A program made the translations under genes and the position numbers. This document shows, piece by piece, positions 25,172-39,029 of a stretch of DNA of 64,000 nt (position 1 is its first letter; each line of letters opens with the position of its first letter). Source of the stretch: Geosiphon pyriformis uo1 (Eukaryota; Fungi; Glomeromycota); assembly GCA_016748015.1 (NCBI GenBank), contig JAAOMT010000664.1, forward strand, positions 1,788,576 through 1,852,575, read 5' to 3'. The notes under the pieces were generated by a model, which saw only the letters and a list, made by a program, of their open reading frames with translations, searched no databases and was not told the origin of the DNA.

Positions 25172-26894
25172 ACATAAAAAAAAAAAACTCTACAAAAAAA
25201 AAAATAATCTCTTTATATTTTTTTTTATTCCTAGTTAGTTATTTTTTTATCATAATTATTTTCCGAAATATTCAACAATTATCTGAAAAATTAATGTTAT
25301 CTTTAAAAACACTTCCTGATTTATTCATAATGATTAATAGAAGTTAAATTAATTATATCCAAAAAGAAACTACAACACTAGTCATAAAAAATTCTCAGAA
25401 TTATCACTTTTATAAAAGAAACACAAGAAGTTATTCTGAAAGTCAATTACCAAAACTTTTAAAGCAAGCTTTAAAAAAAAACTTTTTATTTGCTCCTATT
25501 AATATTTTACCAAATGCCACAATCCAATAAAAACTTCTATTATTTTTTAATAAACAAAACAATAAACATACTTTTATTTATAAATATTTTTATATTGGAA
25601 AAACACTTTATAAACGAAAATTGGAACTTAAAACAACAAATCTTACTTCTAAAACTATATAAAAACAAATTCACAATGAATTTAAGACAGCAGCTAGACC
25701 AGCAAACACTCACTACAAACTTAAAACAGCTTTTAGACTCTATGACTTGTTTAATACTTGTGAAAATGTCCTACAAAATCGGATACTAGAACCAATGAAA
25801 ATTCAATATATTGGCAAACTCACAGAACTGAAATTTTAACAATTTTTAGACCAAATCACCACAATTATTTTGGACTATTATTTCAATATTACAGATAGTG
25901 CTTGGACTTCAATGGAGCTTAGTCTTAAGAAGAAGATTATGTTATCAATAGAATTTTAGCTATTAATTAGCATGAAATTACTTTTTTAATTTGTAGTATT
26001 AATTTGTATATATTATTATTATTTTAATTATCATGTATTAATTAATCAAATTATTAAATATTATCATTTAATTAATAACTTGATTTGTACTATAAAAATT
26101 AAGATAATTAAATTACACAATACTCTAAACCATTTAATATTTAAAAATTTGCCGAAATTAGTAGAAATTGGCCGAAATAATTAATAATTTGTAGAAATAA
26201 CTTGTAGTTTGCTAAAATATATTTTTAGTTTGCTGAAATTATAGCAAAAAGAAAAGTGCAAGTTTAAAGATTAGTACTATAACAAGTTGTATAAAAGAAA
26301 AACTTTTCTCTTTAAAAAAATGTATTTTACTTTTAAATATCTTAATTAAAGCAAAATTATCTTTTATATCCTTACAAAATCAAATAAAAATTAAATATTT
26401 GAAAACAAAATCTTTAAATTATTACACTTAAAATTCTCTTAAAACAACTAACATTTTTGAAATTAATTAGTTACCAATTTCAGTAATCTGTTAGTAACTC
26501 CAGACCTGAATAGAAAACGTTTTTCTTAACAAAACTCTATTTTTTTTACATTTTTTTTATTTTTTTTTACTTTTTCTATTATAAACATTAGAGTAGTCTA
26601 CAGACAAAATTTCTGTAGAAGAATTAACTTTCACAGCAAAGTAACTATACATTTTAATAAGCTTCCAGATAAGCAATTTCTGGAAAAAAGTTGACATTTA
26701 CTACAACATAACTACACAAAGTAACTGGTACAGAATTGGTCATTCCACTTATAAGTTCAGCAATTTAAATTATAGAAGATAATTTAAAGAAAAAATTCAG
26801 TTATTGAAGATTCAACTACTTCCAAAAAATGTGAATTTACATCCAATAAGCATTAATAACATTCAAGAAAAAAGACCAAAAACCTTTAGTAACA
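25172..26894 (+). mobile_element. 3' end of an older family-1-like element (decayed ORF3 ~25252-25960, PPT, 3' LTR 25940-26894); possibly the 3' end of copy C
   Basis: IIFRNIQQLSEKLMLSLK homology to ORF3; LTR TGTTATC...AGTAACA. Confidence 0.85.
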
Positions 26895-27848
26895 ATATTA
26901 TTGTTGTTATTTTGCTGTTAATTACTAATTATTAAAAAATTTTGAATTTTTGATAACTAAATTTGTTTTTAAATTATCTCTTATAATTTAAACTGCTAAG
27001 CTTATAAATAAAATAGCCAATTTTATATTAATTATTTATATAGTTACTAGACAATAAAAGTTAATTTTTTTTCAGAAAATATTTATTTAAAAAATTATTA
27101 ATAATATGTAGTTATTTTGCTGTAAAAGTTAATTCTTTTACAGAAATTTTTTCTGTAAGCTACTCTAGTATATATAATAAAAAAAATAAAAAAAATGTAA
27201 AAGAAAAAAAATTTTGTTATAAGAATTGTTTTCTATTTAGATTTGAAATCACTAATAGATTATTGAAATTAATAACTAATTAACTTTAGAACATTAGTAG
27301 AAATTTAAAGAATCTTAAATAAAATAATTATAATTTTTGTTGTTTTTTAATATAGTTTTTATTATAATAATTTGTATTAATATTAAGTAAAAATATTTTT
27401 AATAAAGACAATTTTAACTAAGATTATAATTTTAAGATAAAATATATTTTTTTAAAAAAAAAAGCTCTTTTTTTATATAGCTTATTATATTACTAATCTA
27501 TAAACTTAAATTTTTTTTTGCTATAATTTCAACAAATTAAAAATATATTTTAGTAAACTACAAGTTGTTTTTATAAACTATGAATTATTTTAATGCACTA
27601 TTAAGATATTTTATAAATTTTTACAAATTTTAGCAAATTTTTAAATATTATAAAGTTTAAAGTATTACATAATCTGATTATTATATTTAATTATATTGGT
27701 GTATTATACAAATTGAGTTACTAATTAAATAAAAATATTGTAATAATTTGATTAAATAATAAGTAATAAATAAAATATTAATAATATATGCTAATTATTA
27801 ATATGAATTATAAGAATATTTTTATGTTAAAATTTTACTAATAATATC
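26895..27848 (-). repeat. Highly decayed family-1-like LTR, inverted relative to and abutting the LTR at 25940-26894
   Basis: Recognisable colinear LTR blocks in reverse orientation. Confidence 0.8.
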
Positions 27849-27849
27849 A

Positions 27850-30050
27850 TTAAAAAAAACAAGATTTTACAGATTATATATATTTGTATTAATAAAAAGA
27901 GTATATAACAATATTTTATGTAAATTTTTTTATTTCATAATTGTTTATTAATATTAGCTTGAATTATATAAACAGTATTTTTTTGATTAAGATAAATTAT
28001 TGAAATATCAAAAAATTGGATTTTTTTTGATTTTTTAATTCTATAACAGCTTTTTGTTACAGTCTTATTAATTGTATTTTAATTAACTTAATATTATTAT
28101 AATTAATCAATACAATATATATAGTTTTTGTTAATATTTTTACAAAAAATTTTTTTATAATTATTACCTAATTGTCTAATTGTTTACAAAACACTTAAGA
28201 TCAATATTTATTACAATATTTTGATTATTTGTTAAACTTGCCACTATTATTATTGTTTTTTTAAAAATAAAAAATATTTAATTAATTCAACCAAATTTTG
28301 AAAGAATAAAAACTTTTTTAAAATTATTTACATTAAAAATAAGATTTTTACAATTTTTAATTTATTTTAAAATAATTTTTTAGTAATTGCCAAAAGATTT
28401 ATGTTCAAAGCAAAAATTTTTTAAATCGAAATATTAACTAATGACTTTAAAAAAAAAGGTAAAAAAAAGAAAAAAATTACTTAAAACATTATTTTTATTA
28501 TTATTGCCAACATTAAAATCAATTTGCTTTAGAAATTTTTTAAGTACATACTTTATAACAACTTTTTTTTGGCTCTTTGGAAATTATATTAATATCTTTA
28601 TGTTTTGATTTTTTACTACTTTCAAATTAAAAATTTATTTCTTTTATAAGAAACTTTTTATTTATATTCATGTTTTTTGTTTTAATAGTGTTTTCAACAT
28701 CAAAACCAATTACTTTATTAATTATAAACATATTCTAAAAAGTACTTGTACTTATTATAATAACAGATTTTTTTAAAATACTATTTTTGTTTTTTTTTAA
28801 CAGATAAATTTAAAGTTATTAAGTTAGTACCAAATTTTTTTTGGTTTTTTTTATATTCAAATTACTATTAATATTAGCAGTTTTGTATTTGAACAAAAAA
28901 TATTGAGATATTTAATTGAATAATAAGATATAAGCAAAAACAAAAAAAAACTTTTTTCAAAAATATTACTCTTTTTAAAAATTTAAGACATAAGAAAAAA
29001 AAAGTTTTTTGAAATTATTAACAATAAAAATTTTTTGGCCAAACTAATATTATTTAATATATAATTAAAATCAAAAGTAAAATAAACATTTTTAATTGTA
29101 ATATTTAAGAAAAAAAATTTTTTTCGATTTTGTGTTAATTATTAATAATTAAATACTATTATTAAATAAAATATGTATTTATTTTTAAAAATTAACAATA
29201 TTTTTAATTAATTTAAAAACTTAGTTTATTTTACTATAATTAATTTGACTGTTAAATTTTAACAAGTAAAAATAAATTCTGTTAACAAAAAAAAATTATA
29301 TTTATTACAAAATATAGAACTTATAAGTTTATAATTATGTTTTTTATATTAATAAATATTCTGTTTATTTTTTAAAAATTAATAAATAAAATATTCAAAT
29401 CAAAACATTAAAAGTTTGTTTTAGTATATATTTTAATAATATAATTATATATTTAAAAATATAAAAATATAAAATAAATATTTAAATTACATTTAAAAAG
29501 TTTTTAATCTTTTTAAAAATAATAAATTTAAAAATAATCTAATTAAATTATTTTTTAATAATAATTTATTCAGTTTTTAAGTTATTTTGTTATAAAAAAT
29601 AGAATTTTTTCAGCTTTAACCAAAATTAAAAAATATATAAAAGCTTTAATAATTAATAAATATTACAAAATTATAATTTTTCTTGAATTAATTTTTATTA
29701 TCTAAAGTTTATAAAAGATTTTTTCAAAATTATATATTTACTTAATCAATTTTTACAAAAAAATATTAAAATATTTCTTAACAAAAAGCATTTTAAACTT
29801 TTAAGAAAAAATTAATTATTAAACTTATATTAAAACAACTTAACTTTAACAAATTATTTATTTTTTACATTGATATTTTAATATTTTTTTGATATTATTT
29901 ATTATAAAAAAACAAAAAAAAACATATTAATCTATAAAAATAAAATTTTTTAAGAAACTAAAAAAATTACATAATTACCAAAAAAAACAGATTTTAAAAT
30001 AAAAATAATGTTTAAAAAAATTAATTGTTTTAAATAAGAAAAAAAAAACT
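27850..30050 (+). mobile_element. Ultra-decayed gypsy pol relic
   Basis: Ghost motifs FRFCV(D)Y (~29123), (D)L..(G)F(W)QV, MPFGL-like and YLDD-like in nearly pure A/T sequence. Confidence 0.6.
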
Positions 30051-30099
30051 TTTTTGATTTTTTTGATTATTAAATAAATATAAAAAGAAAAAAAAAAAA

Positions 30100-31253
30100 A
30101 ATAGCTTTGTTATTGGTTTTTTTTATTAAATATTTAATAAATATAATTCAACTACTATCTAAAAGTTAAAAACAAACTAAGTATTCTAATACTAAATATA
30201 ATTTACATGCTTTCTATATATAATTAATTATTCAAATTAGTTTAAGCTATACTATGTTGATATTTCAAAAAAAAACTTACTCAAAAAAAGCCATTTTCTA
30301 AATAATCTTAAATAATATAGCATTATTACTAACTAATTCAACCAGCCACTTAATTGTTTTTAAAGTATCAGTCTTAATATTAATAAATTTATGTTTTTAT
30401 AGTAATATTAAATTAAAAAACATGTTATTATTAACTATAAACAAATTTACATAAAGACCAAACATATTAATATCTTTATAACCATATTTAATTTTTAATA
30501 CAATTATTTTTGCTTTAACTTATTAACTGCTTTGTTAAAAATACTTATATATATCAAAACCTTATTAACCCTAAGACTAAGTATACTATTCAAAACCAAA
30601 TTACCATTAATAAATTTTTTAAACACAGTAACTAAAAACCTGACTGGCTTAACAATAAACTTAACCAAAGCAAAAAATTTAGCCAAATCAGACTTCAAAG
30701 AGACCAATTGAGAAAAAACCACAAAAATATTAGTTATTATATTAGCAAAAAAAGCAAAACCAACTAAAAAACTAGAAACTAAAGATAATATAAAAGTAGT
30801 AGTTTTGGCATAAGATCTAGTGTTTACAAAACAGAATGTAAATATTTTGGAAATCTTAAAGAAAAAAAATGAGAACATCTTATAATTTATAGCCAAATAG
30901 TTTATTTTTTGATACTTAAAACAACATTAACAATTAGAAATTTCTCACAAAATATGATACTTTACTAATTTTGATTATTACAACATCTAAATTCATATAA
31001 AAATTAAATATAATCAATACAAATTAAAAATAACAACCAAAATTAAAGAAGCAGAGAATAAAACAAAACTGACTACTAATCTGCAAATTCATATCACTAA
31101 TTTCAAAAGCTGTGTAACCAGAAAAAAAATTGCCCAATTTGGCTTTAAATCTATCTTAAAACAAAATAGTCTTATTTTGATTAACTAAAAAAAAAATCCT
31201 AATACTGTTCTTGTTTACTAAAACTAATTAATAATTCAAAGCAAATATACTAG
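30100..31253 (-). mobile_element. Decayed non-LTR (LINE-like) ORF1-region relic, left part; continues at 39030-40360
   Basis: Strand-biased coding relic split by copy E with CTAG TSD; class assignment tentative. Confidence 0.5.
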
Positions 31254-32007
31254 TGTTATGGATTGGAGTAACAAGCTAACAGATAGCAAAGGAGAATAGA
31301 ATTGTAGAATAATAAAAGGAATCAAAGAAAATTCAATTTTAAAGAGCGAATTGAATAAGTATAGATTTAATGTACAAGATCAGTCTTATAAAATATTTCA
31401 GTCACTATACTTTTTAAAAAATAACCAGAGAATTTGAAGGTAAAGAGATAATTTAAACTGTCAATAAATGATCACACACTGGTATAATTCTATGCTTTAT
31501 GTCAGCACTCTTAGAATTCAATATTAGGTATCAAATGTACTTTTTAGTTATATTTTTATTCAATAATCTTCAAATGCTATAATTATACATTTCAGAAAAA
31601 AAGTAAGAAATAACCAACAAGTAATCTTTTATTCCAAGATGTTCAGATACTTAAAGATAGAGAAAGAGAAATTAGCAATAAGAGAAAGATTGAGATAAAA
31701 GTTGTTATTTTATTTATTTTATTTTCTTGATTTTTAATATGCTTTTTTTTAGTTAAGAGATTTATTGTTTATATAGCTACCAAAAGTGGTCAATGATTAA
31801 GTCAACAACTAGGTCAATAATTAGGTCAATGATCAGGTCAATAATCAGATTATTGATTAGGTTAATAATCAGGTCAATGATCAGATTAACAATTAGGTTA
31901 TTTAATTAGGTTAATAATTAATATCTAAAAATAGAGTGGCTAATTATATGACATCAGTGGCTAATACATGTAATAACTAATAAAAAATATGAGTTTCAAT
32001 TATAATA
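31254..32007 (-). repeat. 3' LTR of copy E, with 12-bp tandem array at ~31788-31920
   Basis: Matches 38313-39029; the length difference is about three array units. Confidence 0.9.
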
Positions 32008-32660
32008 TTATTTTTTTCAAAGAGATTGAGCTCTGGTAAAATTAAGCTATTTATAAGATAATCTATTTGAAGAGTTTTGTTTAATTCAAAACTAATTAGT
32101 TTATTAAAGTCTTTAATAAATAAGATATATAATATTTGAGGCAAAATAAGTTTTGTATCTAAAAGACCAAATTTTTGTATTAGAGTTTTGGTTTTTCTAG
32201 CAATAGTTAAAACTTTTAGGACATCTAACTGTATAATGCCCAAAATTTCTGCCTGTATCTCTAAAGTTGTTTTCTTTATTAGTTTTATATCTTTTATGAT
32301 TTCACCAAGATAACCATAGAGTTCTAATTGTCTTCCATATAACAAGTTTTTATTTATAGATAAAATTTCTTGGATTGTTTTTCCAATTGTGCTGGAAGAT
32401 AAAAGTATTGCTGTTATTATACTTTCTAGCAGATATTTATCTATTTTGCTACCAATTTTTTCTCTTCTAGTAGTTGTTTTTTTTGGTCTAATAACAGTAT
32501 GTGTTCTACTGTTATCAGTTATGGTAATTTGTTTTCCAATAATCAGAGTAGCATTTAGATAGTTTTTAATTCAATACTCATGGAAAGTATAGAAAGTGTT
32601 TTAAATGTTTTGATCCAGGAAATAATGATTAAAGATACCTCTGTTTTGGAAATAATACAT
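31977..32660 (-). pseudogene. ORF3 of copy E (227 codons, two internal stops)
   Basis: ATG 32660 is in frame with ORF 31977-32345; same position and size as family-1 ORF3. Confidence 0.65.
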
Positions 32661-35600
32661 TTATTTATACTTGATTTTTGTTGATTATTTGAGTCAGTAT
32701 TACTATAATAGGCAACTAATTAGATTATTTATAATATTTCTTAAGTTGTATATCATAAACAGGACAATTATTGAAGATTGTTCTGAATTGATTTTAAAGA
32801 ATATAAGAACTATTGTTCAAAACTTGTTGACTAAAAAGGGTCCTTTTTACTAGCTAGAGAATTTATTACCATAGATATTGTCTCTATCTAAACAGTATTC
32901 TAATATCAAGTCACCAACACTTAAGAAAAGTGTTTTATAAGTTTTTTTTTCTTGAGCTTTTTTTAGAACTGTTTTATCTTTTCAAAGGTAATTATTTGTG
33001 CTTCTACCAATAAGTCAAGAATAATACCAAGTTTTCTTTGTAAAATGTTTTTATAATTTTTTATTGTGATTTCTTTAAAGAGTATTGTTTTAATGTCAAT
33101 TTCTATTGGTAGTGTTGTTATATATCCATAGAGCAAATAAAAAAGTTTATAACTTGTTATATCATAATTTACAATTCTATAAGCAAACAAAGCTGAAGGC
33201 AGTATTTTGTCCTATAAGTTTGTTTCTTTACTAGTTTTGGTTAAGGTTTCATATAATGTTCTATTAAAACATTCTACTAAGTTATTTGTTTGAAGATAAT
33301 AAGAAAAGAAAAGTTTATGACATATTTCCATTTTTCAACAAAGTTCTTTAACTAATGTATTGAAAAAAGCTCTTTTTTTATCAGATAAAAGTTTTTTGGA
33401 GCAGTCATAATAGCAGATGATATCTTTATAAATGAAATTGACTATTGAGACTGCTGTTTGGTCTAAAGTGGCTTTTGTTTCTACTCACTTTGCAAAATAG
33501 TTAGTAGCTGTAATAATGTATTTATTGCTATTAGGAGTTATTATTAAAGATCTAACAACATCTATGCCAATTCTGTTAAATGGTTGATTAACAGAGATTA
33601 GATAGATATCTTCTTAGCAATTAAGTTTTCTTTTTCTTTGGCAGATGTCACAGATTTTAATGTATTCAGCAATGTTTTTTTCCAATATAGGCCAATAATA
33701 GTGAGCTAAAATTTTCTGTATTGTTTTTGTTTTTTCAAAGTGTCTAGTTAATAAATTAGTATACATGTTGTAGATCACAATTTCTTTTTCTTCAAATCTA
33801 ATAACTTTTTAGAGGTGATTAGAATCTTTTCTATTTCTTTTATATAGTTGGTTCTGGTGAATTAAATAGAAATTTGATTGTTTGTGCAAATATTTTCTTT
33901 GCTGTCAAGTGTATTCTGGTGAATATTGTCTTTTACTCAAAAATTCTATTAAGGCAGAGTAGTTGTTCAAGTTTATTATTGTGTTTGTTTGTAAGAAAGT
34001 TACTAATAATTAAGTTGGTTTGGTTGAGAAATTGTACTATTACTGGATGGTAAATCTAGAGAGAGCATCAGCATTTTAATGATTTGCTCCTTTGCAGTAT
34101 TAAATATTATAGTTGAATTTATCCAGGTAGAGTATCTAGCAAGTTATTCATTTGTGTTCTAGCTTCTTTTTATTGTGCAGCCAAACCAAGATTTGATGAT
34201 CTATTACCACTAGGAATTTTACACCAAGAAGATATTGGTCTCAGTAATTAGTAGCTCAGACTACTGCTAAGCATTCTTGTTTAATAATTGAATAGTTTTT
34301 TTCTGCTGGTGTAAGGATTCTATTGACATATTCTATAGTATGTTTCCTGTCATCTTCATCTTTTTGGAAGAGAATAGTGCCAAGTTTATAACCAAATGCA
34401 TTAGTGTACAGAATAAAAGATTGGTTCAGATCAGGTTGTTTAAGAATTAGTTTAGTAATAAGTTTTTTCTTCAGAGTTTCAAAAGCTTTTTGTTGATAAG
34501 TGCTCCAATGATAATTGACATTTTTTCTAAGTAGCTAATTGAGAGAAAAGGCGATTTTGGAGAAATCTTTAATAAATTTGCAATAATAAAAAGCCAAACC
34601 AAGGAAAAAGCATAGTTCAAGAACATTTATGAATTGTTTAATGTTTTGGACTTTTTCAATGTTGGCTGGATCAGAGAAAATTTTATTTTTTGTAATAAAA
34701 TACCCAAGAAACTGGGTGGATTGTCATCCAAAAAAAAATTTAATTAGGTTTATCTTAAAACCAGCATTTCTAAGGAGATCAAAAACTTTTTGCAAATGTT
34801 TAAGGTATTTATCTCAAATTTTTGAGTATATTATTATGTCATTCAAATAGACCAGAACAAAAGTTTTTTTTTACTGATTCAAACACTTTGTTTATTAGGC
34901 ATTAAAAAATAAAAGGAGCATTAATAAGACCAAAAGACATAACTGTAAATTTGTAGATATCATAATTAGTAATGAAAGCTGTTTTTTTCTATTTTTTGGA
35001 TTTATCTCTACTTGTCAGAATCCAGCAGTAAGTCAATAATTGAAAAGAAAGCAGCACCATTGAATTTGTCTAACATTGCATTAATTTTGGAAAGTAGGTA
35101 CATGTTTTTTATAGTAATGATATTTAATTAGCAATAGTTGACACAGAAACATAAGATTCCACTTTTTTTAAATACTACTACAACTGAAAAAGCTTATTCA
35201 CTCTTGGTTTTTTGTATAAATCCAAGATTTTTTATTTGAATTATTTCTTTTTTGATGAATTTATTATTGTGTCAATTGGATTGATAAGATTTCAAATAGA
35301 TAAGGCAAGTTTCTTTGATAGTGATAATGTGTTGTATCACATGAGTTTGTTCAAGGATTTTACTTTCTTTTGAGATAACTGGACTATTTTTAGCCAACAG
35401 ATTTTCAATGTCTACTTTTTTTTCTTCAAAAGAGAGTTTTTTTTGTTCTACTGTAAGTGATTAAATCTTATTTTCAAAAGACTTTTGTACTTTTCTTAGT
35501 TTTTTTTTAGTATTAGGCTAATGAGTTCCCAATCTTTGTAATAGATTAGGCAAGACTTGCATTTATTACTAGGAGAATACAAGAGTTTATTATACCAGTA

Positions 35601-38312
35601 CTGGACACAAGAGCCATACCACCAATAATTATATTTTGATTTTTTGTCAGGCTTTTTATCAAAGATTCTTTTGAGAATATTATAGTAGAGCCAACAGATT
35701 AGCTTGTTATTTACAATAATTTTTTCTTTATTAGCTTTAATATTATTTAGTGATTTGCTATTGCTGATGAAAATAGTATAAATAAGTTCAATAGTTTTTT
35801 TTTGTTCTTCTTAATTTTTTTCTTTATTGCTTTCATTATCATTTGATTCATCTGATTGCTCATCTTTTTGATTTTGCTTGAATACTAGAAGAGTTGTCCA
35901 ATAACAACATTTAACCACAATGGACTTCTTATCACATTTGATGGTTAGCTCACAAAGTTCATAATCAAATAGTGCTTTGGCTTTCTTAAGCCATTCATTG
36001 TCAACAATTATAGTATACTTTTTTGCTTCAGATACTTTTATGTCAGTTTTAATATTAATGCCATTAATGTAAACAGAAACAGCTTTGGCTATACTCAGAT
36101 CTTTCTTCTTGTTATTATGTACATTGGTCATAGGCCAAGTTAAAAGTTCATCAATCTTTCTTCCAATGGCTTCCAGAAAGTGTTTGGCAATTACACTAAC
36201 AGATAATCCACTGTTTAGGATTAAGTCAATAAAATAACCAGCCATTTGGGCTTTGCAAATAAAGAGAATAACATTGCTGTTGTTAGCAAATTCAGCTTGG
36301 CAAAAGCACTTATTGGTTTTTGGTGTCTTTTTTTTGGAATTAATGATTTGTGAAGATTTTTTCTGAATTGTGAATGGGTCATTAACTGGCCAAAGATAAT
36401 GTGAGCTGAGGTTTCCATGAGATTTTTAATAATGGAATAGAGACCAGATTTTTGTATAATTTTTGGAAATTCTAACTTTAAAAGATTTTTAAAAACTTTA
36501 GCCTTTAGTGGCTTATTGTTATTAGCAGTTAATGTGGATGCTTTATTTGGGTCCAAAATAAAATCAATCTTGGCTTTTTTTTTTTTCTTGTTGATTTAGA
36601 GATATTAATTACTAGTTCATTCATGTTATGATCATTATTAGTTAGGTTAAAAGCATAAAAGAGGTTTTCTTTTGGTTGGCTTGTAATCTTACTTTTTGAA
36701 GATGTGCTTATTAGTTTAAAGGCTAATAAACAATAGCTTTAACTAGAAAATTCTCTCCAAAGAAATTGATATTAGCATGATTGGGTCTTTGATTAGAGAC
36801 ACTGTTGTTGTTAATTTTGTTGTTCTGATTATTATTATTTCTAAAAACTAGAAGAGGGAAAAGAAAATTGTTGCAATCTCTGAAAATATGTCCAGTTAAT
36901 CTACAGTGATAACATACAAGTGGGCCACAATTTTGTTGTCTTTGATAAGAAGGTTGCTGGGACTGATTAAAACAGGATTTATATCTGAGTCTTTGGAATT
37001 GTTGATTTTCTCTGACTGCTTGGGTTAAGAGTTCTAATAACTGGGCAAAATTGATTGTGAGTCTATCTATTAATTGTTTATTGAGATCTGGAGTTTGGGC
37101 AGTGAAAGAAGTAATAGTTATTTGAAGAGCAGAAGCCATAACAGGAGCAGAAGCAAAAACTAAAAATGTAAATCCCAAGTACATTTTTTAATTGTCTTCA
37201 ATTTGTTAAACTAGTTTAATGGCCATATTTATTGTGAGATTATCATTTAAAGCCAGAAGGGGCCAAAGAGCATAGAAAAGATTAGTTTTCAATTTTTTTG
37301 TAAAGGAATAAATTTTTTGCTCTTTTGTCTAGTTTTTTTCAAAGTCTACTTGCTTGATTAATTTTCTGATTGTTTTGGCATATTCAGTTACAACTTCACC
37401 AGAACTTTGGGTTTTTTTTCTAATTTCATGCATTATTTGGATATTAGAATAAGAATTCTAAATTTAGTTTCAAATTGGGTTGTAAAAGAGATGTTTTTTT
37501 CTTCAGTATTTGTTGGTGTCTATCTAATGATTCTTTGGTAAACACCAGCATTAGTTTTTTATGAGAACCAAGTAGCAAGAGAGCCTTGGAAGTAGCCACC
37601 AATGATTTGAAACTTGTATTCATTATCATATTGGTTGGCTGTGGCAGCTCTTTTAAAGTCATTTAACTATTTAATTGGATTTTATGTATCACCTCTGAAT
37701 AATAGTAATAGGGTATTGTTTCTTCATCCTAAAGCAGTTTGTATGCCTTGAAGAATAATCAGAATGTTTTGTTGTATAAGATCATTAGCCATTGATTTAG
37801 AAGTAGCTGTTTATGTAGTATGTTTTAATTCACTTAAAAAGAGATCAAAAACAGAAGCAGTTTGATAGCTTTCTTTTTTTGTTTTAAAAGGAGTTTTAAC
37901 TAACTGATAGGCAGCAATCCAAATATGAATTTGGTGATTTAGGTATTCAGAATTAAAGGGCTGTTGTTTAAAAGTTGTGGAATATAAAAGCTGATTGATG
38001 TTATTGTTTCTTTCTTCAAAGTTGTCTTCAAAATAAGCTTGGTCAAAATAATAGTTTGTATAAATTGTGTAAGTTTTAGCTAAATGCTCATTCAGGAACT
38101 AGTTCCAAAAGTCTTGAAATTGTTTACTAAATTGTTTTTTAATGGAGAAGCAAATCAAGCAGAAGGGCAAAGAATTGAGTTCAATAAAGTTTAGATTGTT
38201 TTTGTTGTGTGCTTCAAAGTGTTTTTCTGATTGTTGTGACAAGTATGAATAATTACTCATATAATAGAAAACAAAGTGGGTTTTGACAACCTCACAGAGA
38301 GCACCACTTTTA

Positions 38313-39029
38313 TGTTACAAATTGGAGTAATAAGCTAACAGATAGCAAGAGAGAACAGAATTGTAGAGTGATAAAAGAAATCAAAGAGAATTTAATTTCA
38401 AAGAGCAAATTAAATAAGTATAAATTTAATGTATAAAATTAGTCTCATAAAATATTTCAATTACTATATTTTTTAAAAGATAACCAGAGAATTTGAAGGT
38501 AGAGGGATAGTCTGTACTGTCAACAAATAATTACATACTGGTATAATTCTATGTCTTATGTTAGTATTTTTAGAATTCAATATCAAATATCAGATATAGT
38601 CTTCAGTCATGTTTTTATTCAATAATTTTTAAATGCTACAATTACACATTTTAGAAAAAAAATAGAAAATAACCAACAAGTAATCTTTTATTCCAAGATA
38701 TTTGAATACTTGAAAATAGGAAAAGAAAAATTAGTAATAAAAAAAAGATTAAGATGAAAGTTGTTATTTTATTTATTTTATTTTCTTGATTTCTGACATG
38801 CTTTTCTTTAGCTAAGAGATTTATTGCTTATATAGCTATCAAAAGTGGTTAATAATTAGATTAACAACTAAGTCAATAATTAAGTCAATAATTAGATTAA
38901 TAATCAAGTCAATAATCAGGTTATTAATTAGATCAATAATCACTATCTAAAAATAAGGTGGCTAATTATATGATATCAGTGATTAATATGTGTGATAATT
39001 AATAAAAAATATGAGTTTTAACCATAATA
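38313..39029 (-). repeat. 5' LTR of copy E
   Basis: Adjacent PBS; homologous to the 3' LTR. Confidence 0.9.

Larger units (their letters stand above)
31254..39029 (-). mobile_element. Full-length decayed Ty3/gypsy copy E (family 3); no dUTPase or Cys-rich insert
   Basis: LTRs 38313-39029 and 31254-32007; PBS TGGTGCTCTCTGTGAGG at 38290-38306; gag knuckle CYHC..GHI.RDC; PR 35811-36245; RT, RH, IN; TSD CTAG at 31250-31253 and 39030-39033. Confidence 0.92.
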
